A stretch of 32,000 bases of DNA from Erysipelothrix larvae (lineage in GTDB: Bacteria; Bacillota_I; Bacilli_A; Erysipelotrichales; Erysipelotrichaceae): contig NZ_CP013213.1 in the NCBI RefSeq assembly GCF_001545095.1, positions 960,001-992,000 on the forward strand, written 5' to 3'. Positions 8,657 to 18,126 of the stretch are shown piece by piece. How positions within the stretch are numbered: the stretch's first letter is position 1; each line of letters begins with the position of its first letter. The notes under the pieces are model-generated. The model did not search any database, had not been told where the DNA came from, and saw only the letters and a list, made by a program, of their open reading frames with translations. The position numbers and the translations under genes were made by a program.

Positions 8657-10084
8657 ATGAGTGAATCTAGAGTTTTAGAATTATTTAGAAACATCAGCGA
8701 CATTCCACGTGCTTCGTTTGATGAAAAACGTATCAGTGATTATATCGCACAGTTTGGAAAAGACTTAGGACTTGAAACCGTTCAGGATGAATTCTTGAAT
8801 GTTATTATCAAAAAAGATGCAACACCAGGTTATGAAAATGTCCCTGCAGTATTGCTGCAAAGTCATATGGATATGGTTGCGGAAAAAAACAAAGACAGTA
8901 ACCACAATTTTGAAACAGATCCATTAACCCTTCATATCGAAGAAGGTCATCTATGGGCCGATAATACAACCTTAGGTGCAGATGATGGTGTTGGCGTTGT
9001 GTATATGCTTGCAATTCTTGAAGATCATACCCTTCAACACCCAGCACTTGAATGTGTATTTACCGTTCAAGAAGAAGTAGGACTCATTGGTGCAGATAAA
9101 TTAGATACATCAAACCTTAAAGCAGAGCTTATGGTGGGTCTTGATAGCTCAGGAGAAAATGTCGTGTGTGTTTCTTCATCAGGAGGTGTTCGTACGTCAT
9201 TGACCGCTCCTGTAGACTATGAAGATGGCCATTTTGATACTTTAAAGATTGGCATTAGGGGGTTAAAAGGTGGTCACTCTGGTGGACTCATCCATAAAGA
9301 ACGCGGAAATGCGTTGAAACTTGCGGGAATCATCTTAAGACGTGCATTGGATCAATTCGATCTACGCCTTCGTGATATTGAAGGGGGTCTCAAAATCAAT
9401 GCGATTTGTCGCGAAGTTGACTTTGAAATTGCTTTGGATGATAAAGACGCATTTAAAGTCTGGTTCTCAGATGTTCAAAACGAATTAAAACAACAATATG
9501 AATTCAGCGACCCTGATCTATACTTTGTTGTTGAAGAAGGGCATGCACACCATGTGCTAACAGCAAGTGACACGTGTAGGGTTATTGATTTACTCTTCAT
9601 GCTTCCATATGGTGTTATTCAAAAGAGCATGGCCATTGAAGACCTCGTCATTACATCCGCTAATATTGGGACAGTTAAGATTGAAAACAATGAACTTGAA
9701 ATCTGTGTGTCAATTCGTGCCACACAAGGATTTGTCTTAGAAAATATCATGCGTCAAGTAGAATGGCTTGCAGATATATTAGGTGTGAATGTTTCCTTTA
9801 ATGCACGCTATCCTGGATGGAATTATGAAAAAGACTCTAAGTTTAGAGAGCAATTAAAGCGTGTTTATAAGGATATGCGTGGCAATGAAATGATTGAAGA
9901 AGCAACCCATGGAGGATTGGAACTAGGGATCTTCAAAGATAAAATGCCTCAACTTGATATCGTAAACTGTGGTCCAATCATGTATGACATTCATACACCC
10001 CAAGAACATTTAGATATCGCTTCATTTGATCGTACATATGAAGTATTAGTCGCACTTCTTAAGTCATTGAGTGAGTGGAACTAA
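8657..10084 (+). CDS. pepD: Aminoacyl-histidine dipeptidase (M20C, PepD-like)
   Basis: RASFDEKRISDY, LQSHMDMV and GADDGVGV motifs, a lid domain and the expected 475-aa length. Strong RBS AGGAGG. Confidence 0.85.
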   Translation: MSESRVLELFRNISDIPRASFDEKRISDYIAQFGKDLGLETVQDEFLNVIIKKDATPGYENVPAVLLQSHMDMVAEKNKDSNHNFETDPLTLHIEEGHLWADNTTLGADDGVGVVYMLAILEDHTLQHPALECVFTVQEEVGLIGADKLDTSNLKAELMVGLDSSGENVVCVSSSGGVRTSLTAPVDYEDGHFDTLKIGIRGLKGGHSGGLIHKERGNALKLAGIILRRALDQFDLRLRDIEGGLKINAICREVDFEIALDDKDAFKVWFSDVQNELKQQYEFSDPDLYFVVEEGHAHHVLTASDTCRVIDLLFMLPYGVIQKSMAIEDLVITSANIGTVKIENNELEICVSIRATQGFVLENIMRQVEWLADILGVNVSFNARYPGWNYEKDSKFREQLKRVYKDMRGNEMIEEATHGGLELGIFKDKMPQLDIVNCGPIMYDIHTPQEHLDIASFDRTYEVLVALLKSLSEWN

Positions 10085-10120
10085 GAATAAATAGGGATTG
10101 TTGGGACATAGATGTTTATG

Positions 10121-10149
10121 TTGACGTGCATGCCTATTTCATGTATAAT
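10121..10149 (+). promoter_or_regulatory. Sigma-A-type promoter of the infC-rpmI-rplT operon
   Basis: TTGACG (10121-10126), a 17-nt spacer, then TATAAT (10144-10149). Confidence 0.7.
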
Positions 10150-10154
10150 GGTTA

Positions 10155-10276
10155 AGCAGTAAGAAAGTAGAAGCACACTTCTCACCTGATGGCACGATAG
10201 TCATGGGTTAAGGCTTAAATACATTAACGTAGTAAGTATGCCTAAAGTGTGTTCAATTTGATCACACTTTTTTATT
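10155..10276 (+). promoter_or_regulatory. L20-leader-type transcription attenuator upstream of infC
   Basis: Leader of about 120 nt between the promoter and infC, ending in a terminator: aaagtgtg (10244-10251) / cacacttt (10264-10271) plus a T-run. An upstream copy of cacactt (10174-10180) could pair with the terminator 5' arm instead. The position matches the Firmicute L20 leader. Confidence 0.6.
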
Positions 10277-10303
10277 GTTAATATCACATAGGAGGTGAAT
10301 TTT

Positions 10304-10834
10304 ATTAGCAAACGTCAAACACCAAGCGATTTAGTGAATGATGCGATTCGGTTCAAAGAAGTTCTTGTAATTGGTCCTAAAGGGGAACAACTCGGTATTC
10401 TAACTCGAAGAGAAGCATTGGATCGCGCTGCTGAGGCAAATTTGGACTTATTGTGTGTATCACCAAATGGTAATCCACCAGTATGTAAAATTCTAGATTA
10501 TGGACGCTACCGTTACGAACAACAAAAACGTACACGTGAAGCGAAGAAAAATCAATCAGTTACTCAAATCAAACCACTTCGTCTATCACCAGTTATTGAA
10601 GAACATGACTTCAACACAAAGTTACGTCATGCTCGCAAATGGCTTGATGAAGGCATTAAGGTTAAAGTTGATATGCGTTTCCGTGGTCGTTTAATTACCC
10701 GTCTTGAAGTGGGTCGTAAAACAATGGATGCGTTTATTGAAGCATGTAATGATTTGGGTAGTGTAGAAAAAACACCAAAACTTGAAGGTAATACAATGTC
10801 TTGTGTTATCTCACCACTTAAAAAGAGAAAATAA
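10304..10834 (+). CDS. infC: Translation initiation factor IF-3
   Basis: IF-3 N- and C-domain sequence ([17 protein letters not shown]..., [19 protein letters not shown]). Proposed ATT start at 10304, 8 nt after GGAGG (10291-10295). The ORF-track GTG at 10295 overlaps the SD itself. Confidence 0.85.
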   Translation: MSKRQTPSDLVNDAIRFKEVLVIGPKGEQLGILTRREALDRAAEANLDLLCVSPNGNPPVCKILDYGRYRYEQQKRTREAKKNQSVTQIKPLRLSPVIEEHDFNTKLRHARKWLDEGIKVKVDMRFRGRLITRLEVGRKTMDAFIEACNDLGSVEKTPKLEGNTMSCVISPLKKRK

Positions 10835-10851
10835 GTAAAAGGAGAATTCGT

Positions 10852-11046
10852 ATGCCAAAAATGAAAACAAAGCGTACCTTTGCAAAACGTGTTAAACGTA
10901 CAGGTACTGGAAAATTGAAACGTCAACATGCTTATGTATCACACTTTGCTGCACATAAGTCACAAAAACAAAAACGCAAACTTCGCAAGGGAACACTTGT
11001 TAGTGCAGGTGATTACAAACGCGTGAAGCATTTGCTACAAGATTAA
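10852..11046 (+). CDS. rpmI: 50S ribosomal protein L35
   Basis: [13 protein letters not shown]... is the canonical L35 sequence; 64 aa; AAGGAG RBS. Confidence 0.95.
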   Translation: MPKMKTKRTFAKRVKRTGTGKLKRQHAYVSHFAAHKSQKQKRKLRKGTLVSAGDYKRVKHLLQD

Positions 11047-11063
11047 TTTAGGAGGTTCTTAAG

Positions 11064-11426
11064 ATGCCAAGAGTAAAAACATCAGTTGCGAGTCGTGCTC
11101 GCCGTAAAAAAACTTTAAAGTTAGCGAAAGGGTACTTCGGTTCTAAGCATACACTATACCGTACAGCAAATGAACAAGTAATGCGTTCACAACGTTACGC
11201 TTACCGTGACCGTAAACAACTTAAACGTGAAATGCGTAAACTTTGGATTGCACGTATTAATGCTGCAGCACGTCAAAACGACACAACATACAGCAACTTA
11301 ATGCATGGTCTAAAACTTGCGAAGATTGAAATCAACCGTAAAATGCTTTCAGAAATCGCAATCCATGATCCTAAAGGTTTTGCTACACTTGTAAGCAAAG
11401 CAAACAAAGCGCTCGATAAAGAATAA
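11064..11426 (+). CDS. rplT: 50S ribosomal protein L20
   Basis: [28 protein letters not shown] is the canonical L20 sequence; AGGAGG RBS. Confidence 0.95.
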   Translation: MPRVKTSVASRARRKKTLKLAKGYFGSKHTLYRTANEQVMRSQRYAYRDRKQLKREMRKLWIARINAAARQNDTTYSNLMHGLKLAKIEINRKMLSEIAIHDPKGFATLVSKANKALDKE

Positions 11427-11869
11427 TGACTGATAATCTTCATGACGTTTTGAATGAACTTTTAGTTGACATCTTTAATCACATTTTGTTGATTGAAGAG
11501 CGTTATCACAAATCAAAGGGGATTAAGCTTTCAATGAGTGAAATCCACACTTTAGAAGCTGTGTATAAAAGTGATTCGAAGACAATGGGTGACGTTGCAC
11601 GTCACTTACACATAACATAAGGAACGCTTACTGTTAATATTAACCGTTTGACAAATAAGGGTTATGTTTATCGTGTTCAAGACACGAAAGATCGTCGAAT
11701 CTATCGATTAAAACTCACTGATAAAGCAAAAGATGTTATGAAGGTTCATGATGCATTCCATGAAGAAATGCTTAAACAACTCATGGAAGAATTAAAAGAT
11801 TCTGATCAAGACGCATTAAAGAGTGCATTGCAACATATCAATACATTCTTTAAAGAAAACTATGATTAA
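11426..11869 (+). pseudogene. MarR-family transcriptional regulator interrupted by one in-frame TAA (11618-11620)
   Basis: ORFs 11426..11620 and 11648..11869 are in the same frame. Reading through the stop gives a continuous winged-helix sequence: ...GDVARHLHIT*GTLTVNINRLTNKGYVYRVQDTKDRRIYRLKLT... The start overlaps the rplT stop (TAATG). Confidence 0.75.
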
Positions 11870-11880
11870 ACTAAAAGGAA

Positions 11881-11924
11881 CCCCTATAGACCTGATTTTA
11901 AAAATCAATCTATAGGGGTTTTTT
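11881..11924 (+). terminator. Rho-independent terminator after the infC operon/MarR gene
   Basis: cccctatag (11881-11889) pairs with ctatagggg (11910-11918), followed by tttttt. Confidence 0.75.
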
Positions 11925-11994
11925 ATGTGTGAGCTTGAATCCATGAAATTAGTTCAACACACCTTTATCACGTTGATATTTTTGGAGTGATGTA

Positions 11995-12879
11995 TTAAGT
12001 GAGTTCAAGATTTACAGGTGCTTTAGGTAATGTAACTTTGGTCTCTCTTATATCCGTTGTGGGATATCGATTATCGACTGCTTCAAATGCCAAAGAATCA
12101 AACCAAATTGTTCCAGATCCTGCTAATATAACACCGATATTAATATTGACACTCCCTTGTGGAACATCAAGTACACACGATACTTGATTCTACTGAGTAT
12201 CGTGTGTAACGGGACGATCTGACATGTTGTCAAACCCAAGCATGTGATACGACGCATCATCGATGCGCATCCATAATCCACTCCATTCCGTTACGTTTTG
12301 ACTCTTGATGAAAGCAGAAAATTTCATGCGCTTATTGAGATAAGCGTCCGCTTTGAAAGTTTGCATAAAATTCGCAAATGTATCATTTGCATTCACAGAA
12401 TCATCAACTGATTCAATACGCAGGGATGCATCTGATTGATGTGATTCGTTGTAGTCCTTAGTAATCCGATACTTTTCAATGTCTATTCCTGTAAAAGTCC
12501 AACCATTAATTTGAGTTTCCATTGTTTCTTTTGCCTCCTTTTTGTCAAGTAAATGTCGCATTGAAATGCGGTAATCACTGGGTGATTGATTGTATAGAGA
12601 TTTGAAAGAACGCGTAAATGCTTCATGTGAACTAAATTGATATAGCATCGCAATATCGATGATATGCATATCTGAAAAGACCAATAGTTTTGAAGCAGAT
12701 ACAAGCCGTCTTTTTCTAATGTATTGATACAGATTGACACCTGTAATTGCTTTAAATGTTTTGTGAAAGTGTGACTTTGAATAATTGAATGTCTTTGAAA
12801 GCGTCTCAAGTGATATCTCTTGAGTTAACGAAGATTCAATAGATTCTATGATTTGATGCATCAACTGTGTTTGGTCCAC
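11995..12879 (-). pseudogene. AraC-family regulator (N-terminal HTH, C-terminal beta-rich domain) interrupted by one in-frame TAG (12190-12192)
   Basis: My manual translation of the minus strand past the TAG stays in frame for 64 more codons (NQVSCVLDVPQGSVNINIGVILAGSGTIWFDSLAFEAVDNRYPTTD...) to a TAA at 11995-11997. That stretch completes the C-terminal domain. GTG start at 12879 with AAGGAGG. Confidence 0.7.
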
Positions 12880-12944
12880 GTTTTTATAACCTCCTTACAT
12901 ATTAAGTGTACTGGTTTTGACTTACTCAGACTTGATAAAAATGG

Positions 12945-12981
12945 TTTAAAAAAACTAGAATACATCTAAAGTTTCTAGTTT
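12945..12981 (-). terminator. Rho-independent terminator after thrB
   Basis: On the minus strand, aaactagaa / ttctagttt stem followed by a T-run (plus-strand A-run 12945-12952). Confidence 0.65.
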
Positions 12982-12998
12982 CAAATGATTAAGGCTTC

Positions 12999-13871
12999 TT
13001 AAATATAACGTGCACCAGCAGTGTCAACCGTCAAATGATGAATTGAATACGTTGACGAAAGGTTGGATGCTAAGGTGTTCAAGGCTTCATCGGGGTTTTG
13101 CACAAGAGCAATCATAGTGGGACCAGAACCAGAAATCCACGAAGTAATACACTCAAGGGATGTAAAAGTGTCGATAATTAAAGCATAGTCTTCAATCAGC
13201 GTGCTTCGATAGGGCTCGTGGAGTTTATCTTTGGTTATTTGTGCTAAAACAAAAACATCACCACTTTGAAATCCATACGCAAGCAAACTGGCACGACTCA
13301 ATGAGTACACAATTGCTTCATAAGGGAGTGTTGTTGGTAGAATCGCACGTGCTTTTTGTGTCGATACGGGTTTGTCAGGATATACACCAACAAACTGAAG
13401 TGATGGATGGACTGTTAAGTTTTGGACTAAAAAGGACTCAGAATCATAAACACAAAGACACATATTACCCATAATTGCAGGCGTTACATTGTCGGGATGG
13501 CCTTCGATTCTTGATGCAATCTGTGCCATCTCATGTTTCGTAAGGTTTAGTGAAGCTGTTTTATTTGCGGCCATTATCCCCGCAACAATGCAGGTTGAAG
13601 AACTTCCTAAACCCCGCGCAACTGGAATATTAGATTTTGTTTCTAGGTGAATATGTTGCGGCGGATTGACCTTAAATTCTTTTAATACTTGAAAATATGT
13701 ATTCAGGGTTAACGACTCATTAAAGTCATGATCTGAATCATGAAAGGTAATCCCACCTGAGGTTTTAAGTTCAAAGGTAAAGGTATTATAAAGGGATAAT
13801 GCAATCCCAGCTGTGTCAAAACCAGGACCCATATTCGCACTTGTTGCAGGAACTACAATAGAAAACTTCAT
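12999..13871 (-). CDS. thrB: Homoserine kinase (GHMP family)
   Basis: VPATSANMGPGFD and PVARGLGSSS (GHMP motif). 290 aa; ATGA overlap with thrC. Confidence 0.9.
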   Translation of the reverse strand: MKFSIVVPATSANMGPGFDTAGIALSLYNTFTFELKTSGGITFHDSDHDFNESLTLNTYFQVLKEFKVNPPQHIHLETKSNIPVARGLGSSSTCIVAGIMAANKTASLNLTKHEMAQIASRIEGHPDNVTPAIMGNMCLCVYDSESFLVQNLTVHPSLQFVGVYPDKPVSTQKARAILPTTLPYEAIVYSLSRASLLAYGFQSGDVFVLAQITKDKLHEPYRSTLIEDYALIIDTFTSLECITSWISGSGPTMIALVQNPDEALNTLASNLSSTYSIHHLTVDTAGARYI

Positions 13872-15289
13872 GCATGCTCCTCCTTAGCAATAAAGTCCAA
13901 CAATACGGCTTCAACTTCATCCTTTGGTATAAAGGTTTGATGCTTAATGGGTTTATCGCGCAGTGATTTTAAGTGTTCGGGATAGAATTCTTGGGAGTGT
14001 GCTTCAATATAATCTAAAATATCAAAATCAGACATAGAATCCAAATGAAAACACGCACGATATACGTTTGGAAATTTATAAGGACTTGCGGTAGACACAA
14101 TGATTTTTGGATGCTTTGATGGTGTTTGTGGAAATGCGGTAGCAGTATGTGGATCAACCAGGATTCCTTTTGATTCAAACAAAGACACAATGGTTGATTC
14201 TGTTTGTGAATTTGACATATGTTGTGCATCAAATACAGTTTTTATCTCATCAAGTTCGTTTTGATCTAAAGTAAACATTTGATGTTCGTTAAGAGATTTC
14301 ATCCAATTGCTTACTTTTCTTTCATCTTTAAACATAAAATACAATAAGCGTTCTAAATTAGAAGATACAAGGATATCCATTGATGGTGAATGTGTTTTCA
14401 CAAGGTGGCGCTTTTGAATGTCATAGACTCCGGTTGTGAAGAAATCATAAAGCACATTGTTGTCATTGGTACATATCACAATCTTACGAATCGGACATCC
14501 CATTTCTTTTGCGATATATGCAGCAAGGGCATTTCCAAAGTTACCCGTTGGAACATAGATATCTACTGGTGTACTTGGGTTGAGTCGACTCAAAGCATCA
14601 TAATAATAGATGACTTGAGGCAATAAACGCGCAATATTGATTGAATTAGCACTGCTTATCGATAAATCTGAATGCGCACTAAAAAATGATTTTACGGCTT
14701 GTTGGGCATCATCAAAATCGCCATCAATCCCAATTGGAAACACATTATTGCCATCTTGTGTTTGCATTTGGAGTGCTTGCATGGTACTGGTGCCATGTTG
14801 AGGATACAGTACTGCAATGGATAACCCATTTACATCTTTTAGTGCTTCCATCGCAGCTTTTCCAGTATCTCCAGATGTTGCGGTTAATATGGTGAGATGA
14901 CGGGTGTGATGAAGGTCCATTGACGCTTTGATAAGATATGGGTAAATTGACAATGCTTGGTCTTTAAATGCAGCAGTCTCACCATAAAAAAGCTCAAGTA
15001 AATGTGTTGTTTCATCGACAGAGCGAACATTGGTAATCTTTGGATGCGAAAACTTGTGCGTGTTATAAGCGCTTGTAATTGCGTCCATGAGTGCATCATG
15101 TGGAATATCATCGAAATAATACGCGAAAATCATTTCAGCGATTTCTTGATAGGTTTTAGAGATACAGCTTTCTAAGGGCAAAGCCATCAGCGTTTTTGGA
15201 ACATAAAGTCCGCCATCTGGTGCAAGGCCATTTAATATTGCTTGACTGGGTGTTGCGTGTGTCGTAGATCGTGTGCTTTTATAATTCAT
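13868..15289 (-). CDS. thrC: Threonine synthase (long PLP-dependent form)
   Basis: MNYKSTRS...GLAPDGGLYVP N-terminus and the FKD PLP-lysine region (ETAAFKDQAL). The ATG at 15289 follows GGTGGAG. The ORF-track start at 15340 adds 17 unsupported residues. Confidence 0.93.
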   Translation of the reverse strand: MNYKSTRSTTHATPSQAILNGLAPDGGLYVPKTLMALPLESCISKTYQEIAEMIFAYYFDDIPHDALMDAITSAYNTHKFSHPKITNVRSVDETTHLLELFYGETAAFKDQALSIYPYLIKASMDLHHTRHLTILTATSGDTGKAAMEALKDVNGLSIAVLYPQHGTSTMQALQMQTQDGNNVFPIGIDGDFDDAQQAVKSFFSAHSDLSISSANSINIARLLPQVIYYYDALSRLNPSTPVDIYVPTGNFGNALAAYIAKEMGCPIRKIVICTNDNNVLYDFFTTGVYDIQKRHLVKTHSPSMDILVSSNLERLLYFMFKDERKVSNWMKSLNEHQMFTLDQNELDEIKTVFDAQHMSNSQTESTIVSLFESKGILVDPHTATAFPQTPSKHPKIIVSTASPYKFPNVYRACFHLDSMSDFDILDYIEAHSQEFYPEHLKSLRDKPIKHQTFIPKDEVEAVLLDFIAKEEHA

Positions 15290-15305
15290 TTTTATTCTCC
15301 ACCTC

Positions 15306-15334
15306 TTGATATAGTTTTCATTATATGCTAAAGT
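15306..15334 (+). promoter_or_regulatory. Candidate promoter for the ACT-hom-lysC-asd operon
   Basis: TTGATA (15306-15311), a 17-nt spacer, then TGcTAAAGT (extended -10, 15326-15334). Motif match only. Confidence 0.3.
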
Positions 15335-15375
15335 TTCCACATAGTAAATACAAATGTGTATTCTAGGAGGACAAA

Positions 15376-15825
15376 GTGGCAGATCGACAGAAATACTATA
15401 TTATTCAAAAGAAGGCATTGCCAAGCAGTATTCTAAAAGTTCTAGAGGCACAAGAACTCCTTGATAATGGGGTTGTAAAGTCTATTTCTGAGGCAACAGA
15501 ACGTGTTGGTATTAGTCGTTCTGTATTCTATAAATACCAACATGCTGTAAAACCTTTTTATAAAGACGAAGCCCAACGCACAGTTACTATTGGATTAAAT
15601 CTATTAGATTCACCCGGTATTTTAAGTGATGTCCTTGGGATTCTTGCAACCTTTAATTTCAATCTATTAACCATTAATCAAACAATTCCGATTAATGGGA
15701 TTGCAAATGTAACCCTCACACTTGAAACACTCAACAACACCAAGGATCTCGAGCAATTAATTCAGATTCTTGAAGAACATCAATCAATTAAATCAGTCAG
15801 AATATTAGCAGGGGAGACAATATGA
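15376..15825 (+). CDS. UPF0735 ACT-domain protein (PheB-like)
   Basis: Collinear with B. subtilis PheB-type proteins (SRSVFYKYQHAV.PFY..., INQTIPINGIANVTLTLE). GTG start after AGGAGG; ATGA overlap with hom. Confidence 0.8.
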   Translation: MADRQKYYIIQKKALPSSILKVLEAQELLDNGVVKSISEATERVGISRSVFYKYQHAVKPFYKDEAQRTVTIGLNLLDSPGILSDVLGILATFNFNLLTINQTIPINGIANVTLTLETLNNTKDLEQLIQILEEHQSIKSVRILAGETI

Positions 15826-16916
15826 AAATAGCAGTTTGTGGTTATGGTGTAGTTGGCAAAGGAGTCGTCGATATTATCGATCGACGCGATGATTGTGAAG
15901 TGCTCTATATTTTTACGCGCGAGACACTGGATGATAAACGCTATACTACTGACTATCAAGATATCTTGAACGATAAGCAAGTTGATCTTGTAGTTGAAGC
16001 CATGGGTGGTATAGAACCCGCTTATTCAATGCTCAAAGCAGCACTTGAACAAGGAAAACATGTTGTAACATCAAATAAAGCACTTGTTGCAAAACATGGT
16101 GCAACATTACACTTATGCGCTCAAAAACATGGCGTTCACTTTTTATTTGAAGGAAGTGTTGGCGGTGGTATTCCCATATTATCAGCATTAAGAAACGGGT
16201 TAGCGCATGAACCTATTTATAAGATTGAGGCCATTCTCAATGGCACATCAAATTATATCTTGACACAAGTCATCGAAACGGATGCATCATTTGAAACAGT
16301 ACTTAAACGTGCCCAACGCTTAGGGTATGCTGAACGTGATCCAAGTGATGACGTGGATGGATTTGATACAGCACGAAAGATTGCAATCTTGGGGTCAATC
16401 TTGACAAAACACTTTGTTGATTACGAATCGATTTATACAGTAGGGATTCGCCATGTTCACCCAGCAATCTATGAATTTGCAAAGAAAATGGATTTTAAAT
16501 TAAAATTGGTCGCATGTTTAGAAACAACAGAAGCAGGTGTTACAGCAAGTGTTGAACCCATACTTCTACCCAAAAAACATCCCCTTTACCAAGTGGACGA
16601 TGTCGATAATGCTGTTGCTGTATATGGTAAAGATGTTGGAACCATTGTTTTTAAAGGTCAAGGAGCAGGGCGAGAACCCACAGCAAGTGCAGTTGTTGCT
16701 GATGTATTGGCCTGTAAGAATCCATACCTTGTAAATACAACGTGGGACTTTGAACCTGTTGACGTAAAACGGGATAAAGGGATGTATGCTGTATGGCTTC
16801 CAGTAGAAGCTGAGATTAAACCTTTTTGTAACACTGAAATATCAGTTGTTATCATGGATTACAATGAAGCACAAGCTTCTGGAGGCGTGTTTGTGCGCAT
16901 TGAAGGAGAGTTATGA
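15822..16916 (+). CDS. hom: Homoserine dehydrogenase (short form, no obvious C-terminal ACT domain)
   Basis: MKIAVCGYGVVGKGV Rossmann motif, VVTSNKALVA, ILNGTSNYIL, GYAERDPSDDVDGFD. Confidence 0.9.
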   Translation: MKIAVCGYGVVGKGVVDIIDRRDDCEVLYIFTRETLDDKRYTTDYQDILNDKQVDLVVEAMGGIEPAYSMLKAALEQGKHVVTSNKALVAKHGATLHLCAQKHGVHFLFEGSVGGGIPILSALRNGLAHEPIYKIEAILNGTSNYILTQVIETDASFETVLKRAQRLGYAERDPSDDVDGFDTARKIAILGSILTKHFVDYESIYTVGIRHVHPAIYEFAKKMDFKLKLVACLETTEAGVTASVEPILLPKKHPLYQVDDVDNAVAVYGKDVGTIVFKGQGAGREPTASAVVADVLACKNPYLVNTTWDFEPVDVKRDKGMYAVWLPVEAEIKPFCNTEISVVIMDYNEAQASGGVFVRIEGEL

Positions 16917-18118
16917 GAATTGTACAGAAGTATGGTGGGAGTTCTTTAAAAGACGCCCAGTGTATTGGTCGTGTCGCAGATCGCATTGCAAAATCATATC
17001 ATGAAGGCAATCAATTGATTATTGTCTTATCTGCGCAAGGAAATACGACCAATGAATTGATAAAGAAAGCAATGGAACTCAATGACCAACCAAGTCAACG
17101 TGAACTTGATATGCTACTGGCTACAGGAGAACAACAATCCGTAGCGCTCATGTCTTTAGCGTTATCCAAACGAAATTGTTCATCCGTTTCGTTGAATGCA
17201 TATCAAGCAAAGATTCAATCCGATGGCATCTATGGTTCTGCACGGATTACAAATATTGATACGACACGGATTGAAGAAGAACTCAGTCAATCGAATATTG
17301 TCCTTGTGACAGGGTTTCAAGCCGTTAACCATACCGAAGACTTCACAACATTAGGCCGGGGGGGTTCTGATACCAGTGCAGTCGCAATCGCGCATGTTTT
17401 AAATGCTGATTTTTGTGAGATTTATTCGGATGTTGATGGCATCTACTCAGCAGATCCAAGACAAGTACCACATGCTAAAAAACTTAAGAGTATTGATTAT
17501 GATTCAATGCTCGAACTATCATCGCTTGGGGCAAAGGTACTTCATAATCGATCGGTTGAAATCGCGCGTAAATATGGTGTTGTATTGCATATTAAATCTA
17601 GTTTTGACGATATAGAAGGGACAACCGTAATGCAAAATCCAATTGAAAAAACAAAAGTAAGTGGCGTCGTTGTAGACAAAAACATTGCAACTATCTCAGT
17701 GATTGGGCTTAAAGATAGACCAGGAATCGCGTATCAAATCTTTTCAGTCCTTGCGCATAATAACATACCTATAGATATCATTCTTCAATCCATTGGCCGT
17801 GATAATACGAAAGATATGGTCTTCACCGTGTCCCTTGATAACGGGCCCAAGGCACTAGAATATCTATTAAGTGCTCAACATGATTTTGAAGCTGAGGATA
17901 TTATACTTAATGAAGCAAGTGCAAAATTATCTGTAGTGGGTGCGGGTTTAGAAGCAAATCCAGTCATTGGTGCAGTTGTATTTGAAACACTGTTTAAAGC
18001 AGGAGTCAACATTGATATGATTTCAACCTCAGAAATTAAGATGTCACTCATCATCCCACAAGAACAAGCCAATGAGGCAGTGGTCTTACTTCATGACCGC
18101 TTGCTGGAATATATATAG
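16913..18118 (+). CDS. lysC: Aspartate kinase with tandem C-terminal ACT domains
   Basis: MRIVQKYGGSSL, TTLGRGGSDTSA, YSDVDGIYSADPR. ATGA overlap with hom. Confidence 0.9.
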   Translation: MRIVQKYGGSSLKDAQCIGRVADRIAKSYHEGNQLIIVLSAQGNTTNELIKKAMELNDQPSQRELDMLLATGEQQSVALMSLALSKRNCSSVSLNAYQAKIQSDGIYGSARITNIDTTRIEEELSQSNIVLVTGFQAVNHTEDFTTLGRGGSDTSAVAIAHVLNADFCEIYSDVDGIYSADPRQVPHAKKLKSIDYDSMLELSSLGAKVLHNRSVEIARKYGVVLHIKSSFDDIEGTTVMQNPIEKTKVSGVVVDKNIATISVIGLKDRPGIAYQIFSVLAHNNIPIDIILQSIGRDNTKDMVFTVSLDNGPKALEYLLSAQHDFEAEDIILNEASAKLSVVGAGLEANPVIGAVVFETLFKAGVNIDMISTSEIKMSLIIPQEQANEAVVLLHDRLLEYI

Positions 18119-18126
18119 GGGGGTTT

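Noticed and set aside
11999-12187. 62-aa plus-strand ORF
   Set aside because: It is the antisense shadow of the AraC C-terminal continuation on the minus strand. It has no RBS and no recognisable motif.
11618-12192. Stop-codon reassignment or an alternative genetic code as the explanation for the in-frame TAA (MarR) and TAG (AraC)
   Set aside because: TAA, TAG and TGA each terminate several well-conserved genes in this window at the expected lengths: TAA for trpS and rplT, TAG for uppP and the CPBP protease, TGA for mnmA and thrC. The tRNA-Trp has a standard CCA anticodon. Nonsense mutation or sequence error is the simpler explanation.
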